Part shown: positions 1-7,190 of the stretch, piece after piece
How positions within the stretch are numbered: the stretch's first letter is position 1
Layout: each line of letters starts with the position of its first letter
Source of the DNA: Promethearchaeota archaeon
GTDB taxonomy: Archaea > Asgardarchaeota > Lokiarchaeia > Sigyniarchaeales > Promethearchaeaceae
Assembly: GCA_016933055.1 (NCBI GenBank)
Contig: JAFGBS010000028.1
Location: 150,001-182,000 of the forward strand
Direction of reading: 5' to 3'
DNA length: 32,000 nt
Notes under the pieces: generated by a model
The model's input: the letters and a program-made list of their open reading frames with translations, nothing else
Told to the model about the DNA's origin: nothing
Databases searched by the model: none
Translations under genes and position numbers: made by a program

Positions 1-2
1 TT

Positions 3-194
3 TGCCCTCAACCCTTATTAGAAACCAGAACAGCTTTGAACCAATTGGAAATAAATCAAATTTTGGAAGTTTATGCAGATGATCCCGCAGCAGAATCGGA
101 TATCAAGAGTCTCGTAAAGCGAACTGATAATGAACTAGTGAAATTTGAAGACAATAATGGTGAATTTAGATTCCTCATTAGAAAATTAAAATAA
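3..194 (+). CDS. tusA: TusA/SirA-family sulfur carrier protein (5'-truncated by window edge)
   Basis: Not in ORF track. Frame 3 reads CPQPLLETRTALNQLEINQILEVYADDPAAESDIKSLVKRTDNELVKFEDNNGEFRFLIRKLK*, with the CPxP motif, the 'LEVxxDDPAAxxDI' segment and a C-terminal 'FxIRK' strand typical of TusA. Stop TAA at 192-194. Confidence 0.9.
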   Translation, partial: CPQPLLETRTALNQLEINQILEVYADDPAAESDIKSLVKRTDNELVKFEDNNGEFRFLIRKLK

Positions 195-205
195 ATGTGA
201 AATAT

Positions 206-568
206 ATGCCAGAAGATAAATTTCTATTATATGTTCAAACCTCCGACGACCCCGAGAGACAATACTCTCCCTTAGTACTGGCACAAACTGCCAAAGCTAT
301 GGATATCGAAGCGAAAGTATACTATCTTGGTCAAGGATTACGGATACTAAAAGGAGACACCGCAAAAAAAATCCAGATGGGAAATTTCCCTAGTATATAT
401 GACATGCAACAAAAATGCATGGAAATGGGAATTGAAATCTATGTTTGTGAAGCAAGCAAACAAATGCTTGGTTGGGATAAAATAGAATTAGCCCCCGGTT
501 TAAAAATTGTTGGTGCTGGAACCTTAAATGATTTAGTACTAGATGCAGCAGGTACCATGTGGTTTTAG
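206..568 (+). CDS. DsrE/DsrF-like sulfur relay protein
   Basis: About 120 aa with DsrE-type pattern: 'SPLVLAQTAKAMDIEAKVYYLGQG', conserved Cys in 'IYVCEAS', 'GAGTLNDLV'. ATG 206 preferred over GTG 197. Confidence 0.85.
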   Translation: MPEDKFLLYVQTSDDPERQYSPLVLAQTAKAMDIEAKVYYLGQGLRILKGDTAKKIQMGNFPSIYDMQQKCMEMGIEIYVCEASKQMLGWDKIELAPGLKIVGAGTLNDLVLDAAGTMWF

Positions 569-615
569 ATGAATGAAAATGAATTTTACTAATAGGAAAT
601 AGGGTGCTAATAACA

Positions 616-1806
616 ATGACGACACAACAACCGTTTGCGTGCGAGGATGTGTATCTAGACTATCAAAGTGCAAAGCCTGTCGATCCTCGGGTAATTTCCA
701 AAATGTTACCATATTTCAACGAACTGTTCGGAAATCCCTCCTCGTTGCATGGTGTCGGGGATGTAGCAACTAATATATTAGACGAAAACCGAGAATTGAT
801 TGCAAATTTTATCAACGCGAAACCAGAAGAAATTATATTCACATCCGGAGCAACTGAAGCAAATAATCTCGCTTTAATTGGTTATGCAATGAGAAACCAA
901 AAGAAAGGAAAACATATTATCATTTCTGAAGTGGAACATATCTCCATCCACAATATCGCAAAATATCTCACACGGCAGGGATTTGAAATCTCTAAATTGC
1001 CAGTAGATATTTACGGGCAAGTTATTATTCATAAACTAAAATCCCGCATTCGAAAGGATACAATTTTAATCTCTGTTGGATATGCTTCTAATGAAATCGG
1101 GACATTACAACCCATTCGAGAGATTGCAAAAATTGCCCGTGAGCGAGATATTGCATTCCATGTTGATGCGGTTGCCGCTGAAGGGCTAATTCCCATTGAT
1201 GTACAAAAGGATGATATTGATCTTCTTACTTTATCCTCAAATGATATTTACGGTCCTAGAGGAGTCGGTGCTTTGTATCTCCGAAAAGGATACCGGGTAA
1301 ATCCGATATTAATCGGTGGTGGGCAAGAACATGGACTACGTTCTGGTTCTGAGAATATTCCCGGAATTGTAGGTTTTGCTGAAGCTGCTCGTATTATGAT
1401 GGAAGAGATGAAGGAGGAGACCAATAGATTGGAATCCTATCGAAATAAACTTCTTGAAACTATCCCCAATCTAATTCCAAAGGCATATATTAACGGTCAT
1501 CCCACTGAGAGATTACCTAACAATGCTCATTTTCGCTTTGAAGCGATTGAAGGGGAAAGCATTTTACTATCACTTAAAGACGAAGGTATCGCTATCGCTA
1601 CTGGTTCTGCTTGTTCATCTAAAACCTTAGAACCTTCCCATACTCTTATTGCTACTGGTTTATTGCATGAAGAAGCTCATGGGAGTTTGCAAATTACGCT
1701 TGGTAGGTTTACTAAGGAGGAAGATGTTGATAAATTGATTAAGATACTACCTGGGGTCGTCTCACGTTTACGTAAATTATCACCTTTATGGAAAGAGGAA
1801 CAATAA
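616..1806 (+). CDS. iscS: IscS/NifS-family (class V PLP fold) cysteine desulfurase homolog with Lys-to-Asp substitution at the PLP site
   Basis: Motifs YLDY, FGNPSS, FTSGATEANN, EVEH, HVDA, YGPRGVGALY, RSGSEN and catalytic loop ATGSACSS. The canonical SxHK reads SSND. ATG 616 has AGGGTG at 601-606 upstream (track start GTG 604). Confidence 0.93.
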   Translation: MTTQQPFACEDVYLDYQSAKPVDPRVISKMLPYFNELFGNPSSLHGVGDVATNILDENRELIANFINAKPEEIIFTSGATEANNLALIGYAMRNQKKGKHIIISEVEHISIHNIAKYLTRQGFEISKLPVDIYGQVIIHKLKSRIRKDTILISVGYASNEIGTLQPIREIAKIARERDIAFHVDAVAAEGLIPIDVQKDDIDLLTLSSNDIYGPRGVGALYLRKGYRVNPILIGGGQEHGLRSGSENIPGIVGFAEAARIMMEEMKEETNRLESYRNKLLETIPNLIPKAYINGHPTERLPNNAHFRFEAIEGESILLSLKDEGIAIATGSACSSKTLEPSHTLIATGLLHEEAHGSLQITLGRFTKEEDVDKLIKILPGVVSRLRKLSPLWKEEQ

Positions 1807-1810
1807 AAAA

Positions 1811-2641
1811 ATGAAGTCAACAAACTATTCTGAAAAAGTTATGGACCACTTTCGGCATCCCCGAAACCAAGGGCACCTCATTGGTTTTGATGTGAGTTGG
1901 GGGAGGGTCGGAAATCCCGTCTGTGGGGATCTAATGGATATTTATATTCGGGTTCATGATGATATAATTATAGATATCAAGTTTGAAACCTTTGGTTGTG
2001 GTTCAGCTGTTGCTACCAGTTCTATGATTACCGAAATGGTGAAAGGTAAAACGCTGGATGAAGCATACAAGGTCTCAAGAGGCGATATAGCAGAAGAACT
2101 TGATGGTTTACCACCAATAAAGATGCATTGTTCCAATCTCGCTGCAGATGCATTAAAAAAGGCTATAGACAACTGGAGAGAAGGATTTCGAGTGGGAGAG
2201 AGGTTACCGGACGAACCCGAATTGGTATCTGCATGTGCATCAAGTGAAGTAGCAAAAAAAATTGCGAAATTGGGAAAAACTATCGAAGGCCTTGACGATT
2301 ATAAGGGTAATGGTGTATTTAATTATGTGAACAAATATGAGGATTTTTCTGGATTACGCACTCTTATCTTGTTTAACGGAGATAAATCAGTAGAAATCGC
2401 CATGAAACTAACAGAATACACAAACCGAGTTATTCTGGTGACAGATGAGCCTTCAGTGAAGACTGATGATCCTGAATTAAAAACCCGGTTAAAAACTTCT
2501 GCAGTAAAAATTCTCACACAATCTGAAATACTTCGTATAAGTGGAGAGGGAGAAGTGGAAAAAGTAGAATTATTAGAACTGGATGAAAAGGATAAATTTG
2601 AGCTATTCGTGGATGCAGTCATTGTATTAGAGTCAAATTAA
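1811..2641 (+). CDS. iscU: IscU/NifU-N Fe-S scaffold fused to a C-terminal thioredoxin-reductase-like NAD(P)H-binding domain
   Basis: N-terminal ~125 aa: YSEKVMDHFRHPRN, GNPVCGD, FETFGCGSA, PPIKMHCS (three Cys plus Asp and His). The C-terminal ~125 aa follows the TrxB NADPH-domain pattern by eye. Confidence 0.9.
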   Translation: MKSTNYSEKVMDHFRHPRNQGHLIGFDVSWGRVGNPVCGDLMDIYIRVHDDIIIDIKFETFGCGSAVATSSMITEMVKGKTLDEAYKVSRGDIAEELDGLPPIKMHCSNLAADALKKAIDNWREGFRVGERLPDEPELVSACASSEVAKKIAKLGKTIEGLDDYKGNGVFNYVNKYEDFSGLRTLILFNGDKSVEIAMKLTEYTNRVILVTDEPSVKTDDPELKTRLKTSAVKILTQSEILRISGEGEVEKVELLELDEKDKFELFVDAVIVLESN

Positions 2642-2667
2642 TTTTTTTCTGTATCCGATTTTATTTC

Positions 2668-3531
2668 CTATAACTCTTCTACGTACCCTTCATTGGGTAA
2701 AATATCACATGGCTCGGAAAGGTCTATTCCATGTCCTTTTGTGAACATTTGCCGAAATGTAGCAATGAATCGAGCTGCGTCCGCCCCATCAATCACGTTA
2801 TGGTCTATGCTAAAACAGGCATGGAGAAATTCTCGATTCTTTAGCTCACCATTAATGAATCGCGGTTGCCAATCCGTTCCTCCAACTTGAAAACTGACAA
2901 CGTGTGGAGTCACTGCAATAGGATTACCTCCTTCTTGCAAAAACATTCCAATTGATGTTAATCCAATTGTTCCATTAAACTGTTTTTTCTGATGAGGGTT
3001 TCTCATTGCTTTTTTTAATAAGATTCTTCGTAGCCATCCTGGCATCTTGGTGAACATCTTTACCCTTCGGGCTTGTTTCTTTTTTTTATCATCATATTGG
3101 AGCCCTTTTGCTTTCCGAGTCTGTGCATTCCGAATTTCTTTGTGAATCTCTTTCCAATGTTTTTTTTGAGCTGCTCGAATAGTATAAGCGGTTGGTATCG
3201 GTCGTTCATACCCTTCGAACTGTCTTTCAACGATTGCGACAATATCAACATCTTCAAATATAATGATTTTCTTACGTCCTTTCATGTATGCATTTATATG
3301 GGGGTGTTCTTTGATTGCTTGCCCCAGTAAATATGCTATATACCCCGTAAAACTGTAGGGTTTACCATATTCATCTAAATGGGAGCGAAAATAGTTCCGA
3401 ACTTCTGTTACATCAATTACTCCTATTGCCGAGATATTATTCTTATTTCTACCCAAGCTAATAAAATCTATCTCAGCTTGTTTAGTTTTCGTGATGTTGC
3501 GAACTTCATACTTATAGTTGTATTTTCTCAT
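2668..3531 (-). CDS. 2-oxoacid dehydrogenase E2-type acyltransferase, catalytic domain only (paralog 1)
   Basis: GTIGLTSIGMF (cf. GTFTISNLG) and SIDHNVIDGADAARF (cf. DHRxxDG). No lipoyl or subunit-binding domain. ATG 3531 (MRKYNY) preferred over the track start at 3585. Confidence 0.85.
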   Translation of the reverse strand: MRKYNYKYEVRNITKTKQAEIDFISLGRNKNNISAIGVIDVTEVRNYFRSHLDEYGKPYSFTGYIAYLLGQAIKEHPHINAYMKGRKKIIIFEDVDIVAIVERQFEGYERPIPTAYTIRAAQKKHWKEIHKEIRNAQTRKAKGLQYDDKKKKQARRVKMFTKMPGWLRRILLKKAMRNPHQKKQFNGTIGLTSIGMFLQEGGNPIAVTPHVVSFQVGGTDWQPRFINGELKNREFLHACFSIDHNVIDGADAARFIATFRQMFTKGHGIDLSEPCDILPNEGYVEEL

Positions 3532-3632
3532 TACGTTCACCAGAAAAAGCAATAAATTTTGATCTGATAACGTTGGGGTATCCAATAAAAACCAATTGGT
3601 TATTATTCACATAATGTTTTGAAGGAGTGGTA

Positions 3633-3642
3633 AGGTTTTTTT
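3633..3642 (+). promoter_or_regulatory. putative BRE/TATA-position element AAGGTTTTTT (paralog 2)
   Basis: T-run 3636-3642 lies 23-29 nt before ATG 3665; the same motif and spacing recur before paralog 3. Confidence 0.4.
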
Positions 3643-3664
3643 ACTGAAAATCGTTTTTCGTTTT

Positions 3665-4492
3665 ATGGCAAAATCAAAACCTTCAGCAACTTTCAAGTCG
3701 ATAACTAAAGCACGAGGAGTGATTATTGATTTATTAGAACATGGGTGGGCTGCTCACCGAATTCATGCTTATGGAGAAGAAGATGTTGATGATGCAATTC
3801 ATCGCCTAAAGGTTATCTCTGAGAAATTGGGTAGAAAAATTTCGGTTACAGCATTTTTTGTTACTTGTTGGGCGAGTACAGTAGCGAATCACAAGATTCT
3901 CCAAGCTTATCGCATCAATAAAAGGAATATGATCATATTTGATGAAGTTGATTGCGTGGTCAATATAGAGAAGGATATTGAAGGTAGAAAAGTACCTACG
4001 AGTTATATTGTGCGAAATGCAGACAAAAAGAATGTTATAGAAATTTCAGACGAAATTCGAGAGGCACAACAATCTAAATCGGATTCTGCTGTTAGCACAT
4101 CCAGTAAGAATAAACAATCTAAAGCTCGATTTCTGCTTAAATTTCCACGATTTATGCGGAAATTCTTTGTAAAACGAATGGTAAAAAATCCGTACATGAA
4201 AAAGGAATTATATGGTACTATCGGATTATCATCTATTGGTATGTTTACAATGGGAACAGGAAGCGCAATCTCATTAACAGTTCATGCTTCTAGCATAATA
4301 ATTGGGGGTATAGGAAAAAGACCTTGGGTGGTAAATGATAAAGTAGTACCAAGGTATGCTTATACAGGTACTATTACAATGGACCACGATTTAGTAGATG
4401 GGGGACCAGCTGCACGTGCAATAGCTGAATTTCGTACTAAAACACGGACAGCTTATGGATTGGATGAGATAGAGAAAAAATTGGGATTGTAA
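3665..4492 (+). CDS. E2-type acyltransferase, catalytic domain only (paralog 2)
   Basis: GTIGLSSIGMF and TMDHDLVDGGPAARAI; 275 aa, no lipoyl domain. Confidence 0.85.
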   Translation: MAKSKPSATFKSITKARGVIIDLLEHGWAAHRIHAYGEEDVDDAIHRLKVISEKLGRKISVTAFFVTCWASTVANHKILQAYRINKRNMIIFDEVDCVVNIEKDIEGRKVPTSYIVRNADKKNVIEISDEIREAQQSKSDSAVSTSSKNKQSKARFLLKFPRFMRKFFVKRMVKNPYMKKELYGTIGLSSIGMFTMGTGSAISLTVHASSIIIGGIGKRPWVVNDKVVPRYAYTGTITMDHDLVDGGPAARAIAEFRTKTRTAYGLDEIEKKLGL

Positions 4493-4574
4493 CTAAAACC
4501 ATTGACCCTTATATTCAGTTTACTTCTTTTTTTTACATATTTGATACAGCAACCTCATTTTTATCGAACATAAA

Positions 4575-4585
4575 AAGGTTTTTTT
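4575..4585 (+). promoter_or_regulatory. putative BRE/TATA-position element AAGGTTTTTTT (paralog 3)
   Basis: T-run 4579-4585 lies 24-30 nt before ATG 4609. Confidence 0.4.
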
Positions 4586-4608
4586 CCGACTAGCTTTTTT
4601 GTTTGTAT

Positions 4609-5442
4609 ATGAAGAAGTCCGATGTTCCCGTCAAAATTCTAAAAATGAAACCAGCAAGGAAAGTGATAATAGATCTTCTACATTTAGGATTAAAAGTATC
4701 CCGAATTCATGCCTATGGAGAAGATGATTGTACCGAAGCTTTACAACGCTTAAATGTTATTAGTGAGAAATTGGGACGAAAAATCTCATTTACCGCTTAT
4801 CTTGCAACTTGTTGGGCTTCTACAATTTATAATCACAAAATTATGCACGCATATCGAAGAAGAAATAAAATTGTTTTATTTGAGGACGTAGATGTTGCAT
4901 GCGTTGTAGAACGAGATATTGTAGACAAGAAAGTCCCTACGAGTTATATCATTCGAGAAGCTCAAAACAAAAACGTAGTTCATATTTCGGATGAAATTCA
5001 AGAAGCAAAGCAATCTAAATCAGAAACCGCTGCCACATCAACAAAAAAACTGAAACAAAGCAAAGCTAGTTTGATTACACGATTACCCGGATTCATTCGA
5101 AGATTTATTCTCAAACACATGACCAAGAATCCATGGCTAAAAAAAGAGATATTCGGTACTGTAGGTCTTTCCTCAATAGGAATGTTTACGATGGGAAGCG
5201 GAAGCGCTATTCCCGTAACAGTGCATAGTTCAACATTTATCGTCGGAGGGATCGCGAAAAAACCTTGGGTAGTAGGGAATGAAATAAAAATACGAGATAT
5301 TATAACTGGCACTATTTCGATGGATCATGATCTAGTTGATGGCGGTCCTGCTGCACGAGCGATTGCCGAACTCAGAAATAAAATCCGGGAGTGTCACGGG
5401 TTAAATGCAATTGAAAAGGAATTAGGAATTCAATACGATTAA
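4609..5442 (+). CDS. E2-type acyltransferase, catalytic domain only (paralog 3)
   Basis: GTVGLSSIGMF and SMDHDLVDGGPAARAI; closely similar to paralog 2 along its length. ATG 4609 preferred over TTG 4603. Confidence 0.85.
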   Translation: MKKSDVPVKILKMKPARKVIIDLLHLGLKVSRIHAYGEDDCTEALQRLNVISEKLGRKISFTAYLATCWASTIYNHKIMHAYRRRNKIVLFEDVDVACVVERDIVDKKVPTSYIIREAQNKNVVHISDEIQEAKQSKSETAATSTKKLKQSKASLITRLPGFIRRFILKHMTKNPWLKKEIFGTVGLSSIGMFTMGSGSAIPVTVHSSTFIVGGIAKKPWVVGNEIKIRDIITGTISMDHDLVDGGPAARAIAELRNKIRECHGLNAIEKELGIQYD

Positions 5443-5762
5443 GAATTTTCGCTTTTCTTTGATTTCTTTCTTTCTTTTAATGGTTCGGTTGCTGAAACAA
5501 CGATTTCTACAAGAGTCACAGCAATTTGAGTATGACCTTCTCCATCTAAAGCGTTCGCAAGCTCTAATAACGCAGCAATTGCTCCGATTATTTCATCGCC
5601 ATTGAAATACTTCTCAAATTCTGTTTGCACCATTCTTCTGGATTCATCACTAAGATACAACACCTTCATTTCAGGTAATCCCATATTTTCATACATGGGA
5701 TCAAATTCAACTAAGCTAAGAACCTTTTCTATCAGAGGATGTCTTTTGTTTTGTTTGATCAT
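5439..5762 (-). CDS. hypothetical protein (107 aa, acidic, probably helical)
   Basis: Open frame with ATG and protein-like composition; its stop overlaps the convergent gene's stop in TTAA (5439-5442). No recognised motif. Confidence 0.6.
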   Translation of the reverse strand: MIKQNKRHPLIEKVLSLVEFDPMYENMGLPEMKVLYLSDESRRMVQTEFEKYFNGDEIIGAIAALLELANALDGEGHTQIAVTLVEIVVSATEPLKERKKSKKSENS

Positions 5763-5769
5763 TACTTTA

Positions 5770-5807
5770 TGGATAATTGATAAAGGATTATTTTTTTATC
5801 TTATCCA
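5770..5807. repeat. imperfect inverted repeat between divergent genes (candidate operator or hairpin)
   Basis: TGGATAA-tt-GATAAA (5770-5784) is complementary to TTTATC-TTATCCA (5795-5807): 13 bp with a 2-nt bulge. Confidence 0.45.
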
Positions 5808-5877
5808 CTACAAGTCTTGAAAAAATTCGACAGATGGTCTCCTAAGAATTTATAATGGAACTTTTGTTTCTTTACTT

Positions 5878-7182
5878 GTGAAAGTATCAAAGAAAAAAGT
5901 GAGATACCTGGTTTTTGAGGGAGGTGGTGGTAAGGGGCTTATATACTTGGGAGTGGTCAAAGCATTAGGCGAAACTGGCGTTTTGGAATACATTACAAAA
6001 CAGATATCTGGGAATGAGGTTTACCGTTTAAATCCCAAGAAAATTCGAGGAGTAGCTGGGACAAGTGTCGGATCCTTGGCAGCCACTTTAATAGCATCGG
6101 GTTATACACCGGATGAATTACACCATATTTTAACCCAAGATTTTGGAATGTATGTCTTGGACAAAATTGATTATGGCACTATTCCAACCGTATCTACAAA
6201 AGAAAATCCAGGTTATATTGTTAAAAACCAACCAATTCCAGAAGACAGAGAAACTTTAGATAACTATTGGAGGAATTATATAAAGACCGACAAAAGATCG
6301 TTCAAACGAATAATGAGACTTCCGGGAAAAGCTTTTACTCATCTTAACCGGAAGTTTTTTGTCAGTCTAATGAAATGGTGGTTGGATTACAAAGAACGTC
6401 AGATCGCGAAAAATTCATCAGAATCCGAATTGGATGATTTTGATTCCATCTTTAAAATGGAGACAACAAAGACCGCATTTGAAAAAGTATTAGAATCCCC
6501 AGATACTATGAATAGTCTCAAATATGATCTTGGTCTATTTCTATCCGAATTTATTCGTGAGTTTATTGATTCTCAAATTGAAAAGAAATCTGGTATAAAA
6601 AATTGTACATTTCAGCAGTTTTACAATGAATTTGGCATTGATTTAGTCATAACAGGATTCAACATAACTAGAAATGAGATATTATATTTTCGTAATGAGG
6701 GTATTTGGAGAGATTTGTCCGTTGCAGACGCTGTTCGAATGAGCGTCTCCATACCATTAATCTTTAAGCCAGTATTTTTCTGCTATGATGATTCAAAGAT
6801 CTACCCGATACCAGAGAATGTGGATTTGAAGAAATGTGATTTGATGGTGGACGGGGGGGTCGGAAATAATTTTCCGCTGCATGTTTTTGATGAATCAAGA
6901 TCACGGTCATCTAGATTAAACAATCAAGTATTGGGTTTTAGACTGAAACGAACAAGAAATGAATGTTACGATGAAGAACTAACTCTAGCTCAATTCATAG
7001 AAAAAATAGGATTTTCATTGTTGGGGCAGACAACTGAGCTTCAAATTCGAACGGATGAAGAAAAAGATCAAGTCATTGAGCTTGAACATGAGGGAATAAA
7101 TACCCTTGATTTTCTCTATTCCGAAAAAACTCAAAGATATATAGATATGGCATATGATACCACAATGGAATATTTTGAATAA
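5878..7182 (+). CDS. patatin-like phospholipase
   Basis: Oxyanion loop VFEGGGGKG, nucleophile GTSVG, AVRMSVSIP and catalytic VDGGVGNNFP. TATA-like TTTATAA about 25-31 nt upstream of the GTG. Confidence 0.92.
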   Translation: MKVSKKKVRYLVFEGGGGKGLIYLGVVKALGETGVLEYITKQISGNEVYRLNPKKIRGVAGTSVGSLAATLIASGYTPDELHHILTQDFGMYVLDKIDYGTIPTVSTKENPGYIVKNQPIPEDRETLDNYWRNYIKTDKRSFKRIMRLPGKAFTHLNRKFFVSLMKWWLDYKERQIAKNSSESELDDFDSIFKMETTKTAFEKVLESPDTMNSLKYDLGLFLSEFIREFIDSQIEKKSGIKNCTFQQFYNEFGIDLVITGFNITRNEILYFRNEGIWRDLSVADAVRMSVSIPLIFKPVFFCYDDSKIYPIPENVDLKKCDLMVDGGVGNNFPLHVFDESRSRSSRLNNQVLGFRLKRTRNECYDEELTLAQFIEKIGFSLLGQTTELQIRTDEEKDQVIELEHEGINTLDFLYSEKTQRYIDMAYDTTMEYFE

Positions 7183-7190
7183 AAAAAAGG

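Noticed and set aside
1954-5312. Small antisense or overlapping ORFs in the track (e.g. 1954-2172, 2323-2622, 2693-2890, 3060-3330, 4003-4197, 4998-5312), and similar ones later in the window
   Set aside because: They lie inside well-supported genes, mostly on the opposite strand, have Ser/Phe/Ile-rich shadow composition and no motifs.
2668-5442. Pyruvate/2-oxoglutarate dehydrogenase complex operon
   Set aside because: No E1, E3 or lipoyl domains; only isolated catalytic domains are present.
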